64,000 nucleotides of DNA from an uncultured virus (IMG/VR IMGVR_UViG_3300008117_000258) (lineage: Duplodnaviria; Heunggongvirae; Uroviricota; Caudoviricetes), in IMG/VR virus record IMGVR_UViG_3300008117_000258, one strand, 5' to 3'. The position numbers and the translations under genes are program-made. Under the pieces are notes generated by a model. The model was not told where the DNA came from. It saw nothing but the letters and a program-made list of their open reading frames with translations, and did no database searches. Shown piece by piece: positions 48,940-58,738 of this stretch (positions are counted from its first letter, which is position 1; each line of letters begins with the position of its first letter).

Positions 48940-49208
48940 CACCGTTTGAAAGTATTTGTGAAATACTTGCCGATTTATGGATTAATCATAAGCATGAAAA
49001 AACATTTCAAGATTTTATATCTTATAATGATTTAGGGTTGCCCCTTGCTTTTTTAATTGATTCAGAATTAGTCATACCAACCGAACTAGCAAAAAGATAT
49101 ATTGAAGAAACTTGGAACATTCTTCTTAACTCTCTTGAAATTGAAAATGATACTGGTTTTGAATCTTTAGAAGATTTGTTTAATTATTCTAAAATGGAAG
49201 AACAATAA
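48909..49208 (+). CDS. Acidic hypothetical protein
   Basis: CEILADLW...YNDLGLPLA; GAGG RBS. Confidence 0.65.
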   Translation: MEISDNGNELTPFESICEILADLWINHKHEKTFQDFISYNDLGLPLAFLIDSELVIPTELAKRYIEETWNILLNSLEIENDTGFESLEDLFNYSKMEEQ

Positions 49209-49438
49209 TGTATACATATGATATGCGTAAGGCTGTACACTCAATCATTCCTCCAAAAAATTTTGGTGTTCAAATTATTGACAATGATAGTTTTTTAACT
49301 ATTAAACTTAATGAAATGGATTTTTTGCCTATGGCTCATGACGAAAAAATAGAGGCTGTTGAGTATGTTGCAAGAGTAAAAAAAGCATTAGAGCAAAATG
49401 GTGCAATTGTTTTGGTTACAAGAGAGGCAGTTAAATGA
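49208..49438 (+). CDS. Hypothetical protein
   Basis: Translationally coupled on both sides. Confidence 0.65.
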   Translation: MYTYDMRKAVHSIIPPKNFGVQIIDNDSFLTIKLNEMDFLPMAHDEKIEAVEYVARVKKALEQNGAIVLVTREAVK

Positions 49439-51003
49439 AAGATATTGTTGTAGTTGGTGGTGGCTCTGCAGGATGGATGACAGCAGCAATACTAATAAAA
49501 TCTTTTCCTGAAAAAAATATTTATGTACTTGAAAGCAATGATATTCCACGAGTTGGGGTTGGAGAAAGTACATACGAAGGCATAAACCATTATCTTGAGT
49601 ATTTAGGAATTGACAGAGAATCATTTTTTGAATATACAAATGCCACGGTAAAACTTGCAATTCAATTTAGAAATTTTTATAAAGAATCTGGTGAACCAGA
49701 TTTCATTTATCCTTTTGGAGCGCCTACCTTTACTAAAGAAGGATCATCTTTAGATGATTGGATGGTAAGAAAAAATTTAGATAAAACTATACCAGTTACA
49801 GATTTTGCAGAGTCATATTTTCCAGCAGCACATCTAGTTAAACATAATAGGCTAACTGATAAAAACCATTATGGTAATTTTACACAAACTCTTAATACTG
49901 CATTACATTTTGACGCAATAAAGTTTGCAGATTGGCTAAAGAATAATTATTGTTTGCCACAAAATGTTAAGCAAATTGTAGGAACTATAGAAAAAATTAC
50001 CACAAACGACAATGGTGTAGATAAGTTATTCTTGTCGGATGGAACAACTGTTTCTGCAGACCTATTTGTTGATTGCACTGGGTTTAAGAGTTTATTACTA
50101 GACAAAACTCTTAATGAAGAATTTATTTCTTATACTGATCTACTTCCTAATACAAACGCATGGGCAACACAAATACAGTATAAGGACCCAGAAATTGAAA
50201 TTGAAAATGTTACAAGATGCACAGCCCTAAAAAATGGCTGGTGTTGGAATATACCTCTTTTTTCTAGATTAGGTTCTGGCTATGTATATTCTGATAAGTA
50301 TACAACACATGAAGATGCACTTGAAGAATTTAAAAAATACTTAATGACAGAGTTAAAAATACCAAGAACAAAAGAAGAAGTTGAAAGCCTAGATTTTAGA
50401 AATATACAGATGAGAGTTGGTATTCATAAACGTACTTGGGTCAAAAATGTAGTTGCAATTGGTCTTGCTGCAGGTTTTATTGAGCCACTAGAAAGCAATG
50501 GGCTTTTTACTGTTCATGAATTTTTGTTCTGTTTAATCAAAACATTACAGCATGATAAAATTTCTCAATGGGATAGAGACGTATACAATAAGGCTACAAA
50601 AAAGATATATGACAACTTTGTAGAGTTTATTAGACTACACTATGCTCTTAGTTTAAGAGATGATTCTGAATATTGGAAAAATAATTTTAATAGAACATTT
50701 TTTAATGATGAAAACAGTTCAAGTGTTTTTAGTCACTTAAATGACATGGCAACAATTAAAATGAACTCAATAAGTTCAATGCCATTAAGAGGTGGAAATG
50801 GTTGGATTGCAACTGGGATGAACTATTTTATTCTTGATAGCGTTGCTTTGGCTTTTTCTGATATACTGTATGGTAATCTGGATAAGGAAAAAATAAAAAT
50901 AGTGTTTGAAAATTTAGATAATAACAAAAAAATATGGGAAAATTTAGCACTTGAATCAGAAACTTCGTATCAATATATAAAGAGGAAATATCATAGTGAA
51001 TAA
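49435..51003 (+). CDS. Flavin-dependent tryptophan-halogenase-family protein
   Basis: GGGSAG, GVGEST, ATVK (catalytic Lys position), DCTGF, WCWNIP, FIEPLES. Confidence 0.9.
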   Translation: MKDIVVVGGGSAGWMTAAILIKSFPEKNIYVLESNDIPRVGVGESTYEGINHYLEYLGIDRESFFEYTNATVKLAIQFRNFYKESGEPDFIYPFGAPTFTKEGSSLDDWMVRKNLDKTIPVTDFAESYFPAAHLVKHNRLTDKNHYGNFTQTLNTALHFDAIKFADWLKNNYCLPQNVKQIVGTIEKITTNDNGVDKLFLSDGTTVSADLFVDCTGFKSLLLDKTLNEEFISYTDLLPNTNAWATQIQYKDPEIEIENVTRCTALKNGWCWNIPLFSRLGSGYVYSDKYTTHEDALEEFKKYLMTELKIPRTKEEVESLDFRNIQMRVGIHKRTWVKNVVAIGLAAGFIEPLESNGLFTVHEFLFCLIKTLQHDKISQWDRDVYNKATKKIYDNFVEFIRLHYALSLRDDSEYWKNNFNRTFFNDENSSSVFSHLNDMATIKMNSISSMPLRGGNGWIATGMNYFILDSVALAFSDILYGNLDKEKIKIVFENLDNNKKIWENLALESETSYQYIKRKYHSE

Positions 51004-51147
51004 TGTAAATGCAATGTCAATGATAAAAATGGCTATTGGATCAATAAGATGTAAAAAAAACGGTCACAATCTTAATGAAAAAGTTTCATGCCCATTTACA
51101 GGAAAATCATATCGTGGATGCATGGTGTGTGGAAAGGTAATAACTAT

Positions 51148-51576
51148 ATGAGTTTAACGGTTATTCTGTCAGTTTGTCTTTTTTCAATGTCTGTTGCTTA
51201 TCTTACATCAGTATATAATTTTAATAAACTTCGTTCTAGACATCAAAAACTTTTTATTGAGATGATGGTTCTTGAAAAAATAGTAAACGAATCTGAAGAG
51301 TTAAAGATTCAAAGCGATGAAAGTGTTCATAAGGAAAATTTTATTAAATTTTTATCTGATTCAAGAGATTGGGCCTATAAATATATTGAGGATGTACAGT
51401 CTGGGCTAAGTAATTTTATTGTTACCATTGAACCAGAGATTAAATATTTTAAAGAATTTGGTGGTGTTCTTGGTGAAAGTGCTCCAAATTATTACTCTAT
51501 GAAAAAAATAACAGAAGAGTATGAAAAGTTAAAAACTTTATTGCCAAAAGAAGAAAACACAAATTATGAAAAATAA
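51148..51576 (+). CDS. Membrane-anchored coiled-coil protein
   Basis: N-terminal hydrophobic helix from ATG 51148; FIKFLSDSRDWA motif. Confidence 0.6.
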   Translation: MSLTVILSVCLFSMSVAYLTSVYNFNKLRSRHQKLFIEMMVLEKIVNESEELKIQSDESVHKENFIKFLSDSRDWAYKYIEDVQSGLSNFIVTIEPEIKYFKEFGGVLGESAPNYYSMKKITEEYEKLKTLLPKEENTNYEK

Positions 51577-52297
51577 AAAAGTATTTTTTGTTCCTAGAAG
51601 TCAGATTGTTTCTGATATAAATAGGTATCCACAACCATCCAAAAAATATATTCCTGAATGGTATAAAAAAATGAGTGGATCTTATAAAGAAAAAAATGGT
51701 TTCTTAGTTCCTGGACCTAAAAGTTGTATGCCATTTTTAGATTCTTTTACAAGTGGCTATACAATGGAATTGGCAACAGATGTTGTTATTCAATATCACG
51801 GAAAAGATCCTAAAACAAACAGAGATGACATTAGTTATACTTGGGCTGGTGGTGGTAATAACCTTACGGAAAGACCTATAACAACAAGACAAGAAGAAAC
51901 TGATGCACCTTTTGCTCTTCCAAAGTTTGACGGATACTATGATACAGAATTTCAATGGTATACCATGTGGGATACAAAAACGCCACTAGGGTATAGCACT
52001 GTATATCATCATCCCAATAATAGGTTTGATTTGCCGTTCCACACTTTTACTGGAGTAATAGATACTGATACCTGGAATGGTGATGGTCCAATTCCATTCT
52101 TATTAAAAGAAGGTTTTGAAGGGGTTATTCCAGCAGGTACACCGATTATACAGTTTACCTTCATTAAAAGAGAAAACTGGAAATCTGAAGCATTAGAGTT
52201 TGATCAAAAGAAAAGAAGAAGAGAAAAACATATGGTCAAAAGACATATTATGAATGGGTACAAAAAAGAACATTGGAAAAAGAAAGAGTTTGATTAA
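51566..52297 (+). CDS. DUF6065-like/dUTPase-fold phage accessory protein
   Basis: IPEWYK, KSCMPFLD..TSGY, HPNNRFDLPF..GVIDTD, GVIPAGTPIIQ. Confidence 0.65.
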   Translation: MKNKKVFFVPRSQIVSDINRYPQPSKKYIPEWYKKMSGSYKEKNGFLVPGPKSCMPFLDSFTSGYTMELATDVVIQYHGKDPKTNRDDISYTWAGGGNNLTERPITTRQEETDAPFALPKFDGYYDTEFQWYTMWDTKTPLGYSTVYHHPNNRFDLPFHTFTGVIDTDTWNGDGPIPFLLKEGFEGVIPAGTPIIQFTFIKRENWKSEALEFDQKKRRREKHMVKRHIMNGYKKEHWKKKEFD

Positions 52298-52298
52298 T

Positions 52299-52457
52299 AT
52301 GAAAGAAATATTTCTATCAACATTAACAGGTTTTGGATGTGGCGTAGTATTTGCTGCATTCAAATTGCCAGTACCAGCACCACCAGTTTTTGCGGGAGTC
52401 GCAGGAATTATTGGTTTATGGATTGGCTTTACAGTTATAACGAATATAATATCCTAG
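52299..52457 (+). CDS. XapX/DUF1427-like small membrane protein
   Basis: KLPVPAPPVFAGVAGIIG motif. Confidence 0.8.
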   Translation: MKEIFLSTLTGFGCGVVFAAFKLPVPAPPVFAGVAGIIGLWIGFTVITNIIS

Positions 52458-52468
52458 GAGGAAAATAT

Positions 52469-52747
52469 ATGAATGAACAAATTAAGGCACTACTAGCATC
52501 ATATGGACGATCAGTCCTTGGTGCAGGCCTTGCACTATACATGTCTGGGGTAACAGACCCTAAGACTCTTGCTTACTCACTATTGGCTGCGCTTGCGCCA
52601 GTTGCATTGAGAGCACTCAACCCTAATGATAAGGCGTTTGGTCGTCTTCCAGATGTAGCAGAAGTTGATGCTGCAGTTAAGAAGGCAACCGTTAAGAAGG
52701 CTCCTGTCAAGAAGGCTGTCAAGAAGGCTGCACCAAAGAAGAAGTAA
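52469..52747 (+). CDS. Holin-like membrane protein with Lys/Ala-rich tail
   Basis: SYGRS..., two hydrophobic helices, LRALNPNDKAFG, KKAPVKKAVKKAAPKKK; AGGAGG RBS. Confidence 0.6.
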   Translation: MNEQIKALLASYGRSVLGAGLALYMSGVTDPKTLAYSLLAALAPVALRALNPNDKAFGRLPDVAEVDAAVKKATVKKAPVKKAVKKAAPKKK

Positions 52748-52753
52748 TTCTTT

Positions 52754-52793
52754 AGGGAGGGATATGCATATCTAGCCTATCCCTCTCTTTTTT
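52754..52793 (+). terminator. Probable Rho-independent terminator
   Basis: GGGAGGGATA/TATCCCTCT stem then T run. Confidence 0.65.
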
Positions 52794-52803
52794 GGATACC
52801 ATT

Positions 52804-53514
52804 ATGTATATATTTCAAAATCAAATTAAACCTAAATCTAAGACTGCATTAATAATGTGCACCTATCTTAGATACAAGAACTTGCCCAAAACATATAGCG
52901 ACCTTAATAGTCAAACTAATTTAGACTTTGATTTTTATATATCTGATAACTCAAATGGTGACCCACACATATTAAATACAACTAATAAATTTTTAGAATC
53001 TTTTCAGTATAATCTTTTTATTAAAGAACATCATAATAAATATAGTATTTTTAGTAGATTTATACTAGCAAAAGAACTTGCAAAAAGTGGATATGAAAAA
53101 ATTATTATCATTGATGATGATGAAAGAATTCCAGCAAACTTTATTCAGGATTGTTATGATCAGTATGAAGATAATACAGTTAAGTCTTTTTACGCACATA
53201 AAATAATTGATAACTATTGGGAAAAGGTTATGTTGAAGCCAGGAGAGTTAGGAAACTACGCTGGTGGCGGTGGACTGATGTGTAATGCAAAACTTTTTTT
53301 GCATAAAGACTTTTTTAATTGTCCAAAAAAATATTATGTACTTGATGATTTGTGGATTTCATATTTTTCTAAAGAAATTGCAGGATATAACATTAAATTA
53401 CTTAAGACAGATATTAGGTTTATACACGATAATCATGCAACAGCAAAAGGACTAATAAAAGAAAAACAATATTTTACAGATAAATACATACTGAAAAAAG
53501 AGTTAAATAAATGA
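52804..53514 (+). CDS. GT-A fold glycosyltransferase (GT2-like)
   Basis: MCTYLR, SDNS, IIIDDD, DDLWIS. Confidence 0.75.
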   Translation: MYIFQNQIKPKSKTALIMCTYLRYKNLPKTYSDLNSQTNLDFDFYISDNSNGDPHILNTTNKFLESFQYNLFIKEHHNKYSIFSRFILAKELAKSGYEKIIIIDDDERIPANFIQDCYDQYEDNTVKSFYAHKIIDNYWEKVMLKPGELGNYAGGGGLMCNAKLFLHKDFFNCPKKYYVLDDLWISYFSKEIAGYNIKLLKTDIRFIHDNHATAKGLIKEKQYFTDKYILKKELNK

Positions 53515-54110
53515 AAATTGATCTAAGAAAATTCCCAACTTTTTACATTAACATGGATAAACATCAAGATAGAAACACTGACATGATAAAACTTGGCAAA
53601 GATGTTGGGTTTAATCAATACTCAAGGTTTTCAGGTATTGCTATGCCAAAACAACCAATGGCGGGATGTGCAAAGTCTCATTACGGAATTTTAGAAAACA
53701 TGAGCAGTCCAACAATAATACTTGAAGATGATTGTGTTATTAAAAATGATTCATATGTTTTTGAAATACCAGACGATACTGATGCTTTATATCTTGGTTT
53801 GTCTGGATGGGGTTTTCTTAATAGCGAATCTAAACTAAACAATTTTTCTTATCAAAAACATACAGATTTTTCAGGTATTTATAAAATAAATGGAATGCTT
53901 GCTACTCATGCTATATTATACATATCGCCAGAATACATAGAGTTATCAAAGAAAATTGCTAAATGGTCTGGAGATAATAATCAGCATATTGACCAAGGTT
54001 TTGCACTTGTTCAAAAATATTTTAATGTTTATGCTTTAAAGAAACCAGTTTTTTATCAGCACAGTAATACAGCATCAACTAATATTATATTAAGAGGAAT
54101 GAATGGCTAA
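53511..54110 (+). CDS. GT25-like glycosyltransferase
   Basis: YINMDKHQDR, GCAKSH, ILEDD, ATHA. Confidence 0.8.
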   Translation: MKIDLRKFPTFYINMDKHQDRNTDMIKLGKDVGFNQYSRFSGIAMPKQPMAGCAKSHYGILENMSSPTIILEDDCVIKNDSYVFEIPDDTDALYLGLSGWGFLNSESKLNNFSYQKHTDFSGIYKINGMLATHAILYISPEYIELSKKIAKWSGDNNQHIDQGFALVQKYFNVYALKKPVFYQHSNTASTNIILRGMNG

Positions 54111-54816
54111 ATTTGGATCTTTATGGGTAGGAAACCCAATGACAAAAATACAAGAAGTATCTTTATCTTCTTTCATATATCATGGCCACAACCTTACCCT
54201 TTATGTATACGACATGGATATGAAGGTCCCAGAGGGCGTTCAGAAGGCTTTTGCGGGGGATATTATGGATGAGTCTGAGATGTTCCTAGTACAGAATACA
54301 TATGCAGCATTCTCTGATTTATTTAGATATAGGATGATTAAAAAGACTGGTTTGACATGGGTAGATGCTGATACTATTTGTTTATCACCTGACTGGGACG
54401 GGCTTGGATATACCTATGCTTGCCTGGAAAATGATACAGTGGTTGGTGGTGTTCTTGCTTTACCGCAAGATTCTCCAGCATTAAATTATTTAATTAAGAA
54501 GTCAACTCAATTTGATAAAACAAAGATTAAGTGGACTGATGTTGGTCCAGCCCTTGTAGACAAAGCATTTAGATCTTTTGAATTAATGGAACATGTTCAG
54601 CCAATGGAAGTTTTTTGTGGAGTTCACTGGTCTCAATGGGAAAAATTATGGAATCCAAAACATACAAAAGAAATTAAATTATTAGAGAAAACTTCAAAAA
54701 GTATTTCTGTTTATCACTCAATGACAACTCGTGGAGGAATAGACAAAAACTATTTTCCACCAAAGTCTGCAATGGAATATTTTTATGATAAATTCGTAAT
54801 GAAGAAGTGGGGATAA
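54103..54816 (+). CDS. DXD-motif glycosyltransferase (GT32-like)
   Basis: SLWVG, FSDLFRY, WVDAD, VGP motifs. Confidence 0.8.
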   Translation: MAKFGSLWVGNPMTKIQEVSLSSFIYHGHNLTLYVYDMDMKVPEGVQKAFAGDIMDESEMFLVQNTYAAFSDLFRYRMIKKTGLTWVDADTICLSPDWDGLGYTYACLENDTVVGGVLALPQDSPALNYLIKKSTQFDKTKIKWTDVGPALVDKAFRSFELMEHVQPMEVFCGVHWSQWEKLWNPKHTKEIKLLEKTSKSISVYHSMTTRGGIDKNYFPPKSAMEYFYDKFVMKKWG

Positions 54817-54817
54817 T

Positions 54818-55465
54818 ATGAATAAGATAAGTATTGAATATGACAAAGGGGCAAACTTCCTGTCATCATTAATGAAGAATTATGGAAGCGACAAGGGTTC
54901 TCCTCATGAGGTAGATATAACACCTTCTGGTTGGATAGCGAATAGATACACAGACATATACCATATATTGTTTGCAACAATTCGTGATGATGCTAAGAAG
55001 ATATTTGAATGTGGAATTGGCACAAACAATGAAGATATACAGTCTAATATGACTGCTAATGGTGTCCCAGGGGCTTCACTAAGAGGCTGGAGAGATTATT
55101 TCTGGAATGCTCAGATATATGGTGCAGATATAGATGACCGTATTCTTTTTGAAGAAGATAGAATTAAAACCTATCAAGTTGATCAAACAGATCCAGAATC
55201 TATTAATAATATGTGGGAGCAGATAGGTGAATCAGATTTTGATGTTATTCTTGATGACGGCCTTCATGAGGCTCATGCCAATATAACACTGCTTGAAAAT
55301 TCGTGGGACAGGCTAAAGCATAATGGCATATATATTATTGAGGATACATACTATACACATGAACCAATAAAGAAATACCTAAAGGAAAAGGGGTATAACT
55401 TTATCTTGGTAACCTTTGACAATACTGCCAGTTATTGCTTTGTAATATTTAAAACTACAGTCTAA
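54818..55465 (+). CDS. Class I SAM-dependent methyltransferase (sugar O-methyltransferase-like)
   Basis: YGSDKG, FECGIG, GADID, VDQT, ILDDGLH, YIIED. Confidence 0.8.
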   Translation: MNKISIEYDKGANFLSSLMKNYGSDKGSPHEVDITPSGWIANRYTDIYHILFATIRDDAKKIFECGIGTNNEDIQSNMTANGVPGASLRGWRDYFWNAQIYGADIDDRILFEEDRIKTYQVDQTDPESINNMWEQIGESDFDVILDDGLHEAHANITLLENSWDRLKHNGIYIIEDTYYTHEPIKKYLKEKGYNFILVTFDNTASYCFVIFKTTV

Positions 55466-55493
55466 GTCTGATTAAATAGGGTATAATGGTAGG

Positions 55494-56060
55494 ATGGCTG
55501 ATACATATACTCCAAATGCTGGCATGAAGGCTGCTGCTAGACGTGCTTTGAAGTGGAAAGAAGATGGCAAAGCAACTGGTGCTGGAACCCCTGTAGGCTG
55601 GGGAAGAGCAAGTGATATTGTTGCAGGTAGATCAATGTCTCTTGATACAGTTAAAAGAATGTATTCTTTTTTCTCCCGTCACGAAGTAGACAAAAAAGGT
55701 AAAGATTTTTATAATACATCTAATCCATCCAATGGCCGTATCATGTGGGACGCATGGGGCGGAGATGCTGGTTTCTCATGGTCAAGAGCAATTGTAAACA
55801 GAAATAAAGAAGCATCTGATCTATTTATTAATTTTGGTAAGTTTATTCCTGGAGCAGAAAGATTAACAGAAGTTTTTGATTTATCTAAAAAAGAAAATTA
55901 CGGTGGTGTAATTGGAAACAGAAAGGGTGAACCAGCAGACAAAGAACTGTATGCAAGAGTAATTGCAGCAGCGAAGAAAAAGTTTAAGGTTTACCCATCA
56001 GCATACGCTAACGGCTGGGTAGTGCAAGAATACAAGCGCCGTGGCGGAACATATAAATAA
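55494..56060 (+). CDS. Two-domain basic phage protein, leaderless
   Basis: TVKRMYSFFSRH...AWGGDAG domain plus YPSAYANGWVVQEYKRRGG domain; TATAAT 6 nt before ATG. Confidence 0.65.
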   Translation: MADTYTPNAGMKAAARRALKWKEDGKATGAGTPVGWGRASDIVAGRSMSLDTVKRMYSFFSRHEVDKKGKDFYNTSNPSNGRIMWDAWGGDAGFSWSRAIVNRNKEASDLFINFGKFIPGAERLTEVFDLSKKENYGGVIGNRKGEPADKELYARVIAAAKKKFKVYPSAYANGWVVQEYKRRGGTYK

Positions 56061-56063
56061 AAG

Positions 56064-56135
56064 TACCCCTGGCAGGATTTGAACCTGCGACCTACACCTT
56101 AGAAGGGTGTCACTCTTCCACTGAGTTACAGAGGT
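56064..56135 (-). tRNA. tRNA-Arg(TCT)
   Basis: Cloverleaf; anticodon arm ACACC-CTTCTAA-GGTGT; GGTTCAAATCC T arm; no encoded CCA. Confidence 0.92.
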
Positions 56136-56136
56136 T

Positions 56137-56211
56137 TGGAGCCTTCTGTCAGGATTGAACTGACGACATCTCGCTTACAAGGCGAGTACTCTACCACTGA
56201 GTTAAGAAGGC
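56137..56211 (-). tRNA. tRNA-Thr(TGT)
   Basis: CTCGC-CTTGTAA-GCGAG; encoded CCA. Confidence 0.93.
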
Positions 56212-56212
56212 G

Positions 56213-56284
56213 CATCTCCAGAGAGAATTGAACTCTCGTTTACACCGTGAAAGGGTGTTGTCCTAACCACTAGACGATGGAGAC
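56213..56284 (-). tRNA. tRNA-Glu(TTC)
   Basis: ACACC-CTTTCAC-GGTGT; no encoded CCA. Confidence 0.92.
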
Positions 56285-56285
56285 T

Positions 56286-56361
56286 TGGCTGGTCTGGCAG
56301 GCTACGATCCTGCGACTTCCGAATTAACAGTTCGGCACTCTACCAACTGAGTTACAGACCA
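56286..56361 (-). tRNA. tRNA-Asn(GTT)
   Basis: CCGAA-CTGTTAA-TTCGG; encoded CCA; atypical T loop ATCGTAG. Confidence 0.9.
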
Positions 56362-56365
56362 ATAG

Positions 56366-56439
56366 TACAACAGGTAGGACTTGAACCTACGATAACCGAA
56401 TTATGAGTTCGGGGCCTTGACCAACTTGGCTACTGTTGC
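56366..56439 (-). tRNA. tRNA with CAT anticodon (elongator Met or Ile2)
   Basis: CCGAA-CTCATAA-TTCGG; lacks the three G-C pairs of initiator tRNA; no encoded CCA. Confidence 0.88.
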
Positions 56440-56603
56440 TTGTTAATTATATTATATCCTGCATTATCTAGGTTGTCAACTATTGCATTAACAATAACTT
56501 CATAATCTATTTCCATAATAAAATGATTTTCTATCTTGTGCATGTTTATTGCAATTGGTGCATGATGTTGCAATGATTTAGATATTATTTCTTTGTAATC
56601 CAT
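56430..56603 (-). CDS. Small hypothetical protein (57 aa) overlapping the tRNA promoter
   Basis: Manual translation MDYKEIISKSLQHHAP...NKQQ; TAATG-coupled to the upstream gene. Confidence 0.45.
   Translation of the reverse strand: MDYKEIISKSLQHHAPIAINMHKIENHFIMEIDYEVIVNAIVDNLDNAGYNIINKQQ
56451..56479 (-). promoter_or_regulatory. Consensus promoter of the tRNA operon
   Basis: TTGACA-17-TATAAT, 11 nt upstream of the first tRNA. Confidence 0.85.
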
Positions 56604-56866
56604 TATTTACTCTTTGGCTTAGGGTTTCTGCTTTCAATAAGTTCAATTATTCTATCAAGACCTTCAGAGTAAGTCATTGCATCATCTTTAGCCCAAAATA
56701 AAGTACCATCTTCATTAAACGAACTGCCCCTGTATTCAAGATATTCTTTTTGTATTTGTTTTATTATGGTAACTAATTGTTTTCTTTCCCATTTAACTGC
56801 TTTTTGACAGCCACTACATGGACAGGCCCAATCTCCACGGTCAGGTGTTTGATTTGGATCAGCCAT
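56603..56866 (-). CDS. Hypothetical protein
   Basis: CPCSGC motif; operon position. Confidence 0.6.
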   Translation of the reverse strand: MADPNQTPDRGDWACPCSGCQKAVKWERKQLVTIIKQIQKEYLEYRGSSFNEDGTLFWAKDDAMTYSEGLDRIIELIESRNPKPKSK

Positions 56867-56929
56867 TATCTATCATGCTTTCCATGAACATAACCAACAA
56901 TTATTCCACAAATAAAACCTATTACAAGG

Positions 56930-58489
56930 TCAATTACTTCCACTGTTTTCCTCCTCATATTTTTTAAAAATTGTATTACCAATTATCATGTAATCTATTG
57001 GAGAACTATAAAATAAATCAATTGCATTTTCAGGATATCCAGCAATTGGTTTTTTATTAACATTTAAACTAGTATTTAAAATTATTGCACATCCCGTAAT
57101 ATTGTAGAACTCTTCTATTAGTTTTCTAAAATAGCCATCATCTTTTTCAACTGTTTGTACTCTGCAAGTATTATCAACATGTGTAATTGCAGGAAAATCT
57201 TTTACAATAAAATTATTTGTAAATAACATATAAGGATCTTTATTTTCAAACTCAAAATAATCTTTTATATTTTCAGACAAAACTGAAGCACCAAATGGTC
57301 TATAAAACTCTCTGTTTTTTACGGTGTTTATTATTTTTTTCCCATCTTTTATTCTGGGATCCATTAGTATAGAGCGGTTCCCCAATGCTCTTGGCCCAAC
57401 TTCTCCATGTTCTTGATACCAACCAACTATTTTACCTTCAGATAGTAACTGTGCAACCATTTTAATTGTTTCATCAGTTGGTTTGTCTTTTGGTGCAATA
57501 TCATTTTGGCAGTAAGGAAAGTTTTCTAGTTTAAACTTTGGTAAATTATTTAACTGTCTTAAAAGTTCAATTGCTCCTAGGCTTGTTCCTTCATCACTTG
57601 AATGTGGAGCAACAATAAGGTTCTTAAACTTATTTAAAATTTTTGTGTTCCATACAACGTTTTGAGCCACACCACCAGAATATGAAACAACATCATCGGT
57701 ATCTGCGTATTCTAAAAATAAATTAACTATTAAATCTCCAACTGCTTCATGAACCGTTCTAATCCAATCAAGTTTATTGTGTGCAGCAAGTAGCAGATCG
57801 CCTTTATGTTCAATCCATCTTTCAAAATTAAAAATCTGATTTACTTCATCAATTGAATATTCTTTTGTTTTGTTTAAAAAATCATTATCTACTTTTCCAT
57901 AAGACTGCAGCCCCATAATTTTTCCAGCGTTATCATGAATATTATTAGAATTAACTCCAAGCATCGGTCCAATTTCACCCATAGTAAGACCAATAGATCC
58001 GTTTTCTATTCTTCCATACCGAACAATTTTGTTGTTTTTAAATACAGTATAGGTTCTTCCTTGACCAACTCCATCAATAACTATTTTTGTTGATGGCAAA
58101 TTATTTTCATCTTCTAGCATCCAAGTTGACATAGCATGAGCATAGTGATGATTTAAATGCCATAACTCTTTTACTCCATGAACCGCAAACATATTTGCAT
58201 GGTCTGGAACTTTATAATAGTTTTTGTTATAATCTCTTAAGGCCTCAAACCCATCAGGCTCTTTACCACCATTAAACTTTGTGGCATCATAATCAATTGC
58301 TACTTGATCAATTTCTTTAATTTCAAAGTTAAATAATTTTTCAGCATCTTTTATGATTTCCCAAATTGTTTCATACCAAAAATGTTTTTCTTGTTTTGTT
58401 CTTTCAAATTTATGATAATATAGTTTTTCTCCATCAAAATAAGAAACATTGTTATCGTGATACATCAAACTAATACCCAATAACTTCAT
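56930..58489 (-). CDS. O-carbamoyltransferase (NodU/CmcH/TobZ family)
   Basis: HD, HHYAHA, IDG.G, GKIMGL, SGGVAQN, GPRALGNRS, VKNRE.YRPF, LNTSLN. Confidence 0.92.
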   Translation of the reverse strand: MKLLGISLMYHDNNVSYFDGEKLYYHKFERTKQEKHFWYETIWEIIKDAEKLFNFEIKEIDQVAIDYDATKFNGGKEPDGFEALRDYNKNYYKVPDHANMFAVHGVKELWHLNHHYAHAMSTWMLEDENNLPSTKIVIDGVGQGRTYTVFKNNKIVRYGRIENGSIGLTMGEIGPMLGVNSNNIHDNAGKIMGLQSYGKVDNDFLNKTKEYSIDEVNQIFNFERWIEHKGDLLLAAHNKLDWIRTVHEAVGDLIVNLFLEYADTDDVVSYSGGVAQNVVWNTKILNKFKNLIVAPHSSDEGTSLGAIELLRQLNNLPKFKLENFPYCQNDIAPKDKPTDETIKMVAQLLSEGKIVGWYQEHGEVGPRALGNRSILMDPRIKDGKKIINTVKNREFYRPFGASVLSENIKDYFEFENKDPYMLFTNNFIVKDFPAITHVDNTCRVQTVEKDDGYFRKLIEEFYNITGCAIILNTSLNVNKKPIAGYPENAIDLFYSSPIDYMIIGNTIFKKYEEENSGSN

Positions 58490-58516
58490 GATTCCCCCAA
58501 TTAAATGTTTTTGTTT

Positions 58517-58723
58517 TTATGAATTGGTTTGTTCTAAAACCATTCCATCATATTCTATGGTATGGGTGTTATCTTCATTGTGTATAATTGAATCAACTTC
58601 ATGAGAGAAGTACCACATTTCTTTACAATCAGACGAAGCGCATCTGGTTAGAAACCAAACCTGCTTTCCATCTTTTTGTACTCCGTCTGTAAAAACTATA
58701 TCGTCTGGTAAATTATTATTCAT
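58517..58723 (-). CDS. Hypothetical protein, leaderless
   Basis: TGGTATACT 6 nt before ATG. Confidence 0.65.
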   Translation of the reverse strand: MNNNLPDDIVFTDGVQKDGKQVWFLTRCASSDCKEMWYFSHEVDSIIHNEDNTHTIEYDGMVLEQTNS

Positions 58724-58738
58724 ATATACAGTATACCA

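Noticed and set aside
56064..56439. tRNA as prophage attachment site or host boundary
   Set aside because: Phage-type genes and promoters continue on both sides; no integrase or duplicated tRNA end in the window
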